NCBI GenBank assembly: GCA_965248265.1
Contig: CBDFJF010000002.1
Span: 672,001 to 736,000 of the forward strand
Length of the DNA: 64,000 bases
From: Candidatus Latescibacterota bacterium
GTDB taxonomy: Bacteria; Latescibacterota; UBA2968; UBA8231
Reading direction: 5' to 3'
Shown: in pieces, positions 45,427 to 54,141 of the stretch
Layout of the letters: each line of letters begins with the position of its first letter
How positions within the stretch are numbered: the stretch's first letter is position 1
Program-made: the position numbers and the translations under genes
The notes under the pieces: generated by a model
Seen by the model: only the letters and a program-made list of their open reading frames with translations
The model's database searches: none
What the model was told of the DNA's origin: nothing

Positions 45427-46929
45427 ATGCAACAGTTGACACCGGCCGAGATCGTGCAGGAGCTGGATCGACACATCGTCGGCCAGAGCAGGGCTAAACG
45501 CTCGGTCGCAATCGCTCTGCGTAACCGCTGGCGCCGGCAGCAGGTAGCCGACACGCTGCGGGAGGAGATTATCCCCAACAACATAATCATGATCGGCCCT
45601 ACCGGGGTGGGCAAGACGGAGATAGCTCGCCGGCTCGCCGATCTGGCCCACGCGCCTTTCCTCAAGGTCGAGGCCTCGAAGTTTACGGAAGTGGGCTACG
45701 TAGGGCGTGACGTCGAGTCGATCATTCGCGATCTGACCGACCTGGCCATCAACATGGTCAAGCAGGAACACGCCAAAGCGGTAGAGGAAAGGGCGCAGGC
45801 GCAGGTTCAGGAGCGGATTGTGCAGCTGTTGCTGGCAACCCGTCAGTCCCCGCAAGAGCCCGCTGACGGCGAGTCCAGGCCTGTCGCAGAGAGCGAGCCT
45901 CCGGCGTCGGAGGCTCTGGAGCCGGCACTCGAGACCACCGAACCGGTGTTGCGGCCGATTTCATCGGAGGCGATACAGGAGGCCATGAGAATCTCCGTCG
46001 ACGTGGAGTTGCCGGACGCTGAGCAAACCGGGGGCAGCGCCGAGGATGATCAGGAGATGGAGCGACTGCGGCAACAGCTGGTGGAGGGTGAATTGGAGGA
46101 AGAGCACGTCGAGCTGGAGCTGCCCAAGGAACGATCGCCCATCATCGAGGTATTCTCGCCGTTGACGAACATCGAAGAGATGAGCATCAACATCCAGGAA
46201 GTCGTGGCGGGAATGGCACAGCAGACAACCCAACCGAAGAAGCTGTCTGTCAGCGAAGCCCGCGATATTCTGCTGCAGGAGGAGACGCAGAGGCTCATCG
46301 ATCACGACCGCGCCGTGGCCGAAGCGATCGACCGCGTTGAGGAATCGGGGATCGTATTTCTGGACGAGATCGACAAGGTTGCCACCTCTCAGGCCAAGGC
46401 CGGTCCGGACATATCTCGCGAGGGGGTACAGCGCGATCTCCTGCCCATCATCGAGGGTTCAACGGTGACGACGAAGTACGGCATCGTCCACACTCATCAC
46501 ATCCTTTTCATCGCCGCGGGCGCCTTCCACATCTCCAAACCCGCTGACTTGATTCCGGAGTTGCAGGGCCGGTTTCCCATACGGGTCGAGCTCGACAGTC
46601 TTGGGGCCTCGGAGTTCGTTGAGATTCTGACGCGCCCCAAGAGCGCGTTGATCAAGCAGTACACGGCCATGCTGGCCAGCGAGGAGGTAGAGCTCTCCTT
46701 CACGCCAGAGGCCATCCGCGAGTGTGCCCGCATCGCCGACGAGGTCAATCAGAGTTCGGAGAATATTGGCGCGCGTAGGCTCCACACCGTCATGTCGACG
46801 CTTCTCGACGAAGTACTGTTCGATGCGCCTGGCCTGGAAGAGAAAAAGGTCCGGATTACCAAGCAGTACGTGCGGGACAAGATTCAGGGGATAATCGAAG
46901 ACGAGGATTTGAGTCGGTACGTGTTGTGA
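45427..46929 (+). CDS. hslU: ATP-dependent protease ATPase subunit HslU
   Basis: LTPAEIV.ELDRHIVGQ, GPTGVGKTEIARRLA, FLDEIDK, GVQRDLLP, ENIGARRLHT, DLSRYVL; start at ATG 45427. Confidence 0.97.
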   Translation: MQQLTPAEIVQELDRHIVGQSRAKRSVAIALRNRWRRQQVADTLREEIIPNNIIMIGPTGVGKTEIARRLADLAHAPFLKVEASKFTEVGYVGRDVESIIRDLTDLAINMVKQEHAKAVEERAQAQVQERIVQLLLATRQSPQEPADGESRPVAESEPPASEALEPALETTEPVLRPISSEAIQEAMRISVDVELPDAEQTGGSAEDDQEMERLRQQLVEGELEEEHVELELPKERSPIIEVFSPLTNIEEMSINIQEVVAGMAQQTTQPKKLSVSEARDILLQEETQRLIDHDRAVAEAIDRVEESGIVFLDEIDKVATSQAKAGPDISREGVQRDLLPIIEGSTVTTKYGIVHTHHILFIAAGAFHISKPADLIPELQGRFPIRVELDSLGASEFVEILTRPKSALIKQYTAMLASEEVELSFTPEAIRECARIADEVNQSSENIGARRLHTVMSTLLDEVLFDAPGLEEKKVRITKQYVRDKIQGIIEDEDLSRYVL

Positions 46930-47087
46930 GGCTGGGCGTGATGTCTGGAGAACGGGGGCCACTGATTGATGGGGGCACCAGTCGGTGAGTGCTTTCTGAC
47001 AATACAGGGCGCCAACTGACGGGGGCAGGCTACCGGTGGTGAGATCGTCTGTTGTCTTCCGACGTGCTATGCACGCGCAAGACAGCT

Positions 47088-47161
47088 ATCAACACCCAAC
47101 ACCAACACCCAAACACCAACATCAAACCCTACCACCAACATCAACACCAACGATACCATCC
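47088..47161 (+). repeat. C/A-rich low-complexity tract
   Basis: CAACACCCAACACCAACACCCAAACACCAACATCAAACCCTACCACCAACATCAACACCAAC..., almost G-free. Confidence 0.85.
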
Positions 47162-48805
47162 ATGGTTTGTGTGAATTCCTATTGTAGGCTGCTTGTGTAT
47201 TCGTCAGCGGCACTCATGCTGTCGTGTGCGAAGGTTGGCAGGCCGCCGGGTGGGGTCGTGGACAAGCTGGCACCGACAATTGTGGGGACGCAGCCTCGGG
47301 GGGATGAGATTGGGGTGGGGCTTGAACGCTCGATCGAGGTCGAGTTCAGTGAGGGTATGGATGGTCGACGCACTCGTGATGCTGTGTTCGTGTCGCCGGG
47401 CATTGAGATGCGCCTAGAGTGGCGTGGGCGAACGTTGGAAATCCGGCCGCTGGGGGGTTTGCAGCCGGAGAGGACTTACGTCATCACGGTTGGCACGGAC
47501 GCGAGGGATCTTCGTGGGAACAAGCTGGATCAATCGTTCACCTTTGCCTTTGCGACTGGCGGGCAACTCGATCGGGGGAGTATTGGTGGTCGTGTGTTGA
47601 GGGCCGGAAAGGCCGCCGCCTCTGCGAAGGTATGGGCCTATCACATGAGTGGGGGATTTGATGGCCACCTGGGTGTGGATCCGCCGGCCTACGAGACGCA
47701 GTCGGGTCGTGATGGCGGCTATGCGTTTCAGCGACTGGCACCAGGGGTCTACCGGGTAATGGCTTTCAATGACACTGATGGTGATGCTGAGTATGACGAC
47801 GGTGAGATGCTGGGACTACCCTCGGGTGACATAACGCTGGCTGAGAATGACGAGGTCCAGATGGGAGACCTGAATCTTGTCGCACACGGTCCGGCAAAGG
47901 CGTCGGAGTTGAAGCGTGTCCAGGCACTCCACGACCGCGTCATCATGCTTTCGTTCGCGGAGCCGATCGAGGATACCCAGGAGTTGGCGGTGACGATCGA
48001 GGGACTGCCTCTGGAAGGCAAACAGCGCTCGGTCACGGATCCATCTCGTTGGTACCTGCTGACACCCGAGCAGGAAGCAGGTACGCCTTATGAGTTGAGG
48101 GTGACGGTGGATGGCGAGCCTGTGACGTGGGACGAACCGGTCCGGGGAAGCAGTCGCGTCGATCGAAAATCCCCAGCACTCGAGGTCAGCTATCCCACGG
48201 GGGAATTGGCTGCCAGTGTCGACACTGTGCGACTGTCATTCAGCGAAGCCATGGATACGGCGTACCCGTCTCCGGGTGACGATCTGTGGGTCAGGAGTGA
48301 TTCCACGGAATCCCCGGATGGCGCTTGGCATTGGGATAGTCCGGCAACGCTCGTTTTCTTCCCTCCCGAGCCGTTGGGCCCCGGGGTGCACCGGCTGCAG
48401 GTGAGTTTGATCAGATTGCGGGATCGCGCAGGCCTGGGCCCGGCTGACAGCAGCGCCACCCTGGACTTTGAAGTGTTACGGGAGGAAGATCTCAGCAGCA
48501 TTGGCGGGGTCGTCGTCGATGCCGCAGATTCGAGCGCCGTGCGCGCCCGTGTGGTGGTTCAGCGGGTAGCGGACGCCAGCGTCATCGCCTGGGACTACAG
48601 TGATGCGGACGGAAGTTATAGGATTGATGGGTTGGCCCTCGGCCAGTACAACGTGCACTGCATCGACGACGTCGACGGGGATGGTATTGCCGACGGCGGC
48701 CAACTTCATCCTTACCAACCGGCGGAACGACACCAGTCGTATGAACGTTCGATCTCACTCAGTCGCGGCGAACAGATTGACGGCATAGATTTCGAGCTCA
48801 GATGA
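47162..48805 (+). CDS. Ig-like (Big_5) domain lipoprotein
   Basis: Lipobox MLS-C then AKVGRPPGGVVD..AP; two FSExMD Ig-like repeats; FNDTDGD and DDVDGDG Ca-binding-like loops. Confidence 0.8.
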   Translation: MVCVNSYCRLLVYSSAALMLSCAKVGRPPGGVVDKLAPTIVGTQPRGDEIGVGLERSIEVEFSEGMDGRRTRDAVFVSPGIEMRLEWRGRTLEIRPLGGLQPERTYVITVGTDARDLRGNKLDQSFTFAFATGGQLDRGSIGGRVLRAGKAAASAKVWAYHMSGGFDGHLGVDPPAYETQSGRDGGYAFQRLAPGVYRVMAFNDTDGDAEYDDGEMLGLPSGDITLAENDEVQMGDLNLVAHGPAKASELKRVQALHDRVIMLSFAEPIEDTQELAVTIEGLPLEGKQRSVTDPSRWYLLTPEQEAGTPYELRVTVDGEPVTWDEPVRGSSRVDRKSPALEVSYPTGELAASVDTVRLSFSEAMDTAYPSPGDDLWVRSDSTESPDGAWHWDSPATLVFFPPEPLGPGVHRLQVSLIRLRDRAGLGPADSSATLDFEVLREEDLSSIGGVVVDAADSSAVRARVVVQRVADASVIAWDYSDADGSYRIDGLALGQYNVHCIDDVDGDGIADGGQLHPYQPAERHQSYERSISLSRGEQIDGIDFELR

Positions 48806-49188
48806 TACAAGCCAACCGCTCGCGCTTCTGGTACCGTTACGCAGATGTAGTTGTAATCCTGGGCGTTCTCCTGGCCATGGGTGCGGTCAAATTCTCCCAC
48901 GTTTCGGCCGATCAACGGCGTGAGATCGAACTTGAATCCCGGCTTGAGCAGGTTTACGAATTTGAGATGGAGTTCTACGCCAAGCACAAGCGCTACTACG
49001 ATCCACGCTCGGCTCAGTACAAATCCTATCTCGGTTGGCTGCGGGATTGCGACTGTGACGTGCGGTTGGGGAGTGGTGGGAAGGAATTCGCCGTCGTCGC
49101 CAAAGCGGATTTCGATGGGGACGGCCAGGCTGGTGTCTGGCGCATCGACCAAACCAGTCCGATGGCCAGGCAAGTGGTCGAAGACTGA
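48802..49188 (+). CDS. Type IV pilin-like protein with atypical N-terminus
   Basis: N-terminal hydrophobic helix; LEQVYEFEMEFYAKHKRY; C-terminal AKADFDGDG..GVWRIDQ. Confidence 0.55.
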   Translation: MIQANRSRFWYRYADVVVILGVLLAMGAVKFSHVSADQRREIELESRLEQVYEFEMEFYAKHKRYYDPRSAQYKSYLGWLRDCDCDVRLGSGGKEFAVVAKADFDGDGQAGVWRIDQTSPMARQVVED

Positions 49189-49190
49189 GT

Positions 49191-50042
49191 TTAGCGGTCG
49201 ATTACCGGAGGTTCGGCCCTTGTTCCGCACCGGTAGGAACCGATCACCCACATTTCAAGCACTCGCTTCCTCATCTCTTCCAGTGCGTCCGCAGTCTGCG
49301 GGTCCTCGAGCGGACCGCGGATCTCGAGATAGCACAAGTACTCCCAGGCCTGACCAACCAGTTTACGCGACTCGACCTTCTCGAGCTCGATACCACGCTC
49401 CGTGATCACGTTGAGTGCAGCAGCAAGAGCACGCGCACTGTCCCCGAGTCTGACGACGATGCAGCTCTTCTGCTCGCCACCCACAGTCGAGATCCCTTCA
49501 CGGCTGAGCACGAGAAAACGGGTGTAGTTCTCATCATCGGACTGGATGTCTTCGGCCAGGATCTGCATGCCGTGATCGCGAGCGGCCTGAGCGGGTGCGA
49601 TGGCGGCATCCGAATCGTCGCCCTCGTTCTTAACCATGGCCACGGCGCCGGCGGTGTCGTAGACGATCTCACTCTGGGCGCCGTTCAAGTTCCCGAGGAA
49701 GGTCTCGCACTGGGCCAGGGCCTGTTCGTGTGAATAGATGCGGCGAATTTCGTCCAGGCGCGCGCCGGGCCGGGCAATCAGGTAGTGTCTGACGTGCAGG
49801 TAGATTTCACCGGCGATCGGCAACGGGTCCGAGATCAGCAGGTCCCAGACTTCGTGTATGCTGCCGGCCAGGGAGTTATCGACGGGGGCTATGCCGTAGT
49901 CGGCGTCGCCGTCGCGAACAGCGCGGAAGAGCTCGTCAAATTTGCGGCATGGAAGGATAGACGGCCGATCGTGGAAGTAGGCGTACGCGGCCAGTTCGCT
50001 GTTGCTGCCCAATTCTCCCTGGACGGCGACGGTGCGGCTCAA
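49191..50042 (-). CDS. pheA: Prephenate dehydratase (PDT + ACT)
   Basis: [42 protein letters not shown]. Confidence 0.92.
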   Translation of the reverse strand: MSRTVAVQGELGSNSELAAYAYFHDRPSILPCRKFDELFRAVRDGDADYGIAPVDNSLAGSIHEVWDLLISDPLPIAGEIYLHVRHYLIARPGARLDEIRRIYSHEQALAQCETFLGNLNGAQSEIVYDTAGAVAMVKNEGDDSDAAIAPAQAARDHGMQILAEDIQSDDENYTRFLVLSREGISTVGGEQKSCIVVRLGDSARALAAALNVITERGIELEKVESRKLVGQAWEYLCYLEIRGPLEDPQTADALEEMRKRVLEMWVIGSYRCGTRAEPPVIDR

Positions 50043-50833
50043 ACTGCGATCGCCATTGGGATGGAGGGGTGTGGCCGGTAGTTGACGAGTTTGAAGTCCT
50101 CGAACTGAAATCCGAAGATGTCCTGGTCGCGGTTGGCGATGACCATGCGCGGCAACGGCCGAGGCTCGCGCGTCAACTGCTCGCGCAGCGGCTCGATGTG
50201 GTTCTCGTAGACGTGGACGTCACCTCCCGTCCACACGAACTCACCCAGGTCCAGCTCGCAGACCTGTGCCAGCATCATCGTCAGCAGACTGTAGCTGGCG
50301 ATGTTGAAGGGCACGCCGAGGCCGACATCGCAGCTGCGCTGGTAGAGTTGGCAGCTGAGGCGGCCGTCGCCGACGAAAAACTGGAACAGACAGTGACACG
50401 GGGGAAGTGCCATCTTCTCGAGCTCACCCACATTCCACGAACACACTAGCATGCGGCGGCTGTTGGGGTCACGCTGAATCAGCTCAACCAATCCCTGAAT
50501 CTGGTCGACGGCGTCGCCGTCCGCTGTCGGCCATGCCCGCCACTGCTTGCCGTACACCGGGCCGAGCTCGCCGTTCTCATCCGCCCATTCGTTCCAGATA
50601 CGCACGCCGTTTTCCTGCAGGTACTTGACGTTGGTACTGCCCTGCAGGAACCACAGCAACTCGTGGATGATGGACTTCAGATGCAATTTCTTCGTGGTCA
50701 GACAGGGGAAGCCGTCCATCAGGTCAAAGCGCATCTGCTGCCCGAAGGTAGCGAGCGTTCCGGTGCCGGTGCGGTCTTTCTTCTCCACACCCTGCTCCAG
50801 CACATGCTCCACCAGATCCAAGTACTGTTTCAC
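50039..50833 (-). CDS. thyA: Thymidylate synthase
   Basis: [47 protein letters not shown]; GTG start gives 264 aa. Confidence 0.98.
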   Translation of the reverse strand: MKQYLDLVEHVLEQGVEKKDRTGTGTLATFGQQMRFDLMDGFPCLTTKKLHLKSIIHELLWFLQGSTNVKYLQENGVRIWNEWADENGELGPVYGKQWRAWPTADGDAVDQIQGLVELIQRDPNSRRMLVCSWNVGELEKMALPPCHCLFQFFVGDGRLSCQLYQRSCDVGLGVPFNIASYSLLTMMLAQVCELDLGEFVWTGGDVHVYENHIEPLREQLTREPRPLPRMVIANRDQDIFGFQFEDFKLVNYRPHPSIPMAIAV

Positions 50834-51040
50834 CTTATTTCTCCACAACCGGGGAAGGCTACGGGGAGGACACGACGACGGCCAACAGGAAGTCGCCCGG
50901 GGCATTGGGGAAACCGGCATGGGGGTGCCGGCACGATCCTAATATAGAGAACTGGGCCGAAGCGAAAAGGAGGGATTCAGCGAGGAAATTGGAGTCTCGA
51001 ACAGACCGTCTGCAGGCTGTTTGGCTGTCCTGGGACTTCG

Positions 51041-51069
51041 TTGACAGTCTCGGGGAGGCCCAGTACCTT
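51041..51069 (+). promoter_or_regulatory. Sigma70-type promoter for tRNA-Cys
   Basis: TTGACA-17 bp-TACCTT. Confidence 0.65.
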
Positions 51070-51146
51070 CTCAAGTTTCGATGGACCCGCGTGACCTGGA
51101 AAATCGATTCCCCTCCCGGGTCGGCGCGACGGCAAACAGCTTTTGA

Positions 51147-51221
51147 GGCGGCGTAGCCAAGTGGTAAGGCAAGGGCCTGCAAAGCCCCTATTCCCCGGTT
51201 CGATTCCGGGCGCCGCCTCCA
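51147..51221 (+). tRNA. tRNA-Cys(GCA)
   Basis: GGCGGCG...CGCCGCC-T-CCA acceptor; anticodon loop CT-GCA-AA; GGTTCGATTCC. Confidence 0.97.
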
Positions 51222-51307
51222 ATTGTATTTACCCCTTCCTTGCCTTTCCGACGCACTTTCCGTTTTTCCGGCCGACTTCCAGCGACAGGACGACGAGACC
51301 GCGACGT

Positions 51308-52054
51308 CTAGCGCGTGTAGATCATTCCGGTTACATAGTCAGCGGCGTCGGAGGCGAGTAAGGCCAGGACTTTGGCGACGCCGTCGGGGTGTCCGAGCTT
51401 GGGCTCCCACTCCGCCAGCGCCTCCTGCTCGGTGATACCCTCCTGTTTGCCGATGTCGCGGATGGCCTGCAACTTGAGTGGTGTGGCGATCTGGTCGGGA
51501 CATATTACGTTGACGCGGATACCCGCCGGTTTCAGCTGTGCTTCCAGGGTATAGGCAAGCCCCTGAATCCCGCCCTTGCTGGCACCGTAGGCGACGGAGC
51601 CGCTGGGGACCCGGGTGCCGGCCGTGGAGCCCATGAAGAGGATGACGCCACCACCGCTCTTCTCCATCAAGGGGACGACGTGATGGGCGCACAAGAACGA
51701 CCCCTTCAAGTTGACATTGAGGAGCTTGTCCCACACCGCCTCCTCGTAGTCGTCGACTCGCACATTCGGGCTGGCGTAGACGCCGGCGCAACTGATAAGG
51801 ACATCCAGACGACCGAACTGGTTGTCGACGAACTCTACCAGGGCGGCGACGCTATCCGATGAGGTGACATTCGTTTCGACGAAATGGGCCTGATCGCCAG
51901 CGGACTTGATCGCAGATACTGTGGCACGACCTTCGTCGGCATTCATGTCGGCGACGACGATGGATGCACCCTCCGCGGCGACAACCTGAGCAGTGGCCTC
52001 ACCGATGCCGGTCGCTCCGCCGGTGAGCAGAATGACTTTGTCCTGAAGGAGCAT
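51308..52054 (-). CDS. SDR family oxidoreductase
   Basis: TGGATGIG, LDVLISCAG, YGASK, GIRVNVICP; start at MLLQDK. Confidence 0.9.
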   Translation of the reverse strand: MLLQDKVILLTGGATGIGEATAQVVAAEGASIVVADMNADEGRATVSAIKSAGDQAHFVETNVTSSDSVAALVEFVDNQFGRLDVLISCAGVYASPNVRVDDYEEAVWDKLLNVNLKGSFLCAHHVVPLMEKSGGGVILFMGSTAGTRVPSGSVAYGASKGGIQGLAYTLEAQLKPAGIRVNVICPDQIATPLKLQAIRDIGKQEGITEQEALAEWEPKLGHPDGVAKVLALLASDAADYVTGMIYTR

Positions 52055-52216
52055 GTAGTTTTTCCCGTTTAACACGACCGGCGGTCTTTGAACCCCGTCC
52101 TCATCGCTGTGATGTTGTGATCGAATATCCTGCGCGGAGAAGCTAGGACAGCGTCGGAGAGAAATCAAAACGAGCCAAATGGTCGCCGTGCGTCTGTCAC
52201 GTCAGACGGAACATGT

Positions 52217-52245
52217 TTGACCTTCTACAGACCGCCCGCTATCTT
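52217..52245 (+). promoter_or_regulatory. Sigma70-type promoter for tRNA-Leu
   Basis: TTGACC-17 bp-TATCTT. Confidence 0.6.
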
Positions 52246-52268
52246 CCGCCGCTCGATGAATCCATAGT

Positions 52269-52357
52269 GCCGGGATGGCGAAACTGGTATACGCGACGGA
52301 CTTAAAATCCGTTGGGCGTAACAGCCCGTGCCGGTTCGAGTCCGGCTCCCGGCACCA
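52269..52357 (+). tRNA. tRNA-Leu(TAA)
   Basis: 89-nt class II tRNA: GCCGGGA...TCCCGGC-A-CCA, ACGGA-CT-TAA-AA-TCCGT, long variable arm. Confidence 0.97.
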
Positions 52358-52382
52358 ATGAAAACAGCAGGTTAGAGCGACT

Positions 52383-52410
52383 AAGGGCCTTCAGCGCGGA
52401 GGCCCTTTTT
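52383..52410 (+). terminator. Intrinsic terminator after tRNA-Leu
   Basis: AAGGGCCT...AGGCCCTTTTT. Confidence 0.8.
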
Positions 52411-52647
52411 CTATGCAGAGATGGGGCGATTGTGCCAATCACGGCCGAAGCTCCTGCTTGCCAAGCAGAAATGAACACATCCGGTTCTTTTCGAGCCAGT
52501 TCGCAAGAGCGATCGCATCGTCGCCTGAGAGCCGAAGTCGAATTGACCTGGTTCCTCTGACAGGTCGAATCGGTGTGGATCGCCATCGCCTGTCGACAGC
52601 TTGCACACCAGCCTGCAAGGGCTGAATTTGAACTCTCAGAATCCACC

Positions 52648-53850
52648 ATGAAAATTACCGACATACACACTCTGTGCCTCTCTCGGCCACACGAGCCCGA
52701 GCTTGAGTGGTTCAGCCACCGCTTTCGCGTGTACAAGGCGGACTGTCCTATCATCGTCATCGACACCGATGCCGGCATTCAGGGGATCAGCGAGCCGTCG
52801 ACCTACGGGAAGCCGCCTCTCATACGTGAGCGAATCGAATCGCTGAAACCGACTCTGGTCGGCCGCGAGGTGGATGCCCCGTCTCTGGTCCAGGCCAATG
52901 TCGGAAACAGAGAGACCGACATCGTCAACGCCGGCATCGATCTGGCGCTATGGGACATTCGCGCAAAGGCAGCCGGCAAACGTGTCGCTGACCTGCTCGT
53001 CGATCAGATACAGGGCGGGATTCCCGGGCCGCTGCGCCAACCGACCGAGCGCCTGCGCTTGTACGCATCAGCCGGGGTGCAATATGATTGGGATAATCAC
53101 CCCGAGTCCGTCATCGACGAGGCGGTCAGCCTGGCCGAGCGCGGCTACACGGCCTACAAGATGCGCATCGGTACCGAGTGGGAGTGGTCGGGTGTTACCG
53201 TCGACCGGTTGTTGACGTTGACCGGCAAGGTGATGGAGGCCGTCGGCGACCGCATGGAACTGATGCTGGAGGGGAACTGCCGTTTCACCGAAGCTCAAGC
53301 CCTGGAGGTCGGCCGCTGGCTCGGCGCCAATGGGTGGGCTTGGTTCGAGGAGCCGGTCCCGGTTGAGAGCGCCGAGGATGGCATGCCGAGGGCCAGTGAT
53401 GTCGACGCCTATGCCCGATTGAACGCGGCGCTGGATATTCCGATAACGGGTGGTGAGTCGAAATCGATGCTGGCGATGTTCGAGCCGTTCTTCGACAAGA
53501 AGGCCTACGCCAAAGGCCAGCTCGACGTCGGGGTCTGCAGTCTGACCGAGGCAATCCGCATCTGGAAAGGGGGGCACGAGTGCGGCATTCCCGTGTTCAC
53601 ACAAAACTGGCACAACGGCCTGCTCACGGTCTCCAACGCCCACTTTCTGGCGGCCTTGCCGGAGCCGGTCGTCTTGGAGCAATTCGTCGGACAGGGGCCG
53701 CTGCAGTGGGACATTCTCAAGGAGCGGCCGATCGAAGATGGCTACTTCTATCTACCTGAAGGACCGGGATGGGGGGTCGAGCTTGCCGACGATCTGGAAG
53801 AGCGCTTCCCATGGGTCGATGGTCCCTGGGGAGTGGAAGTCACGCGCTGA
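52648..53850 (+). CDS. Mandelate racemase/muconate lactonizing enzyme (enolase superfamily)
   Basis: MKITDI, DTDAGIQG, AGIDLALWDIRAK, LYAS, KMRIG, WFEEP, GPGWGVE. Confidence 0.9.
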   Translation: MKITDIHTLCLSRPHEPELEWFSHRFRVYKADCPIIVIDTDAGIQGISEPSTYGKPPLIRERIESLKPTLVGREVDAPSLVQANVGNRETDIVNAGIDLALWDIRAKAAGKRVADLLVDQIQGGIPGPLRQPTERLRLYASAGVQYDWDNHPESVIDEAVSLAERGYTAYKMRIGTEWEWSGVTVDRLLTLTGKVMEAVGDRMELMLEGNCRFTEAQALEVGRWLGANGWAWFEEPVPVESAEDGMPRASDVDAYARLNAALDIPITGGESKSMLAMFEPFFDKKAYAKGQLDVGVCSLTEAIRIWKGGHECGIPVFTQNWHNGLLTVSNAHFLAALPEPVVLEQFVGQGPLQWDILKERPIEDGYFYLPEGPGWGVELADDLEERFPWVDGPWGVEVTR

Positions 53851-53862
53851 AGGAGTGGACGC

Positions 53863-54113
53863 ATGACCCCTGAAGGCCGGCGACGTCGTCATCTTCTCCG
53901 AGCTGACGACTCATGGGGTGATTTCGTGGCGTCCGCAGGATCGGCAGCGACGGATGGTCAACTACCGCTACAAGGTCCAGCATCGCGGCTACGAGCATCG
54001 GTACACATCCGGATTGAAAGCTGCTGCTACCCGAACTCGTCGAACTGGTCAGCGACGAGGATTACATGAGCCACAAACAGATCGGCAAATCGGACAGAGT
54101 CGAGCTGACGTGA
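53863..54113 (+). pseudogene. Phytanoyl-CoA dioxygenase (PhyH)-family gene remnant
   Basis: One frame reads PLKAGDVVIFSELTTHGVISWRPQDRQRRMVNYRY (distal His and 2-oxoglutarate Arg region), then shifts to LLPELVELVSDEDYMSHKQIGKSDRVELT-stop. The N-terminal HxD part is absent and the SD+ATG is out of frame. Confidence 0.65.
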
Positions 54114-54141
54114 AGAGGCTCTTCGCCCGCGACTCAAACGC

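Noticed and set aside
51070-51146. Decayed tRNA-Gly ahead of tRNA-Cys
   Set aside because: The length fits and there is a stem, but no D-arm, T-arm or anticodon signature is recognisable.
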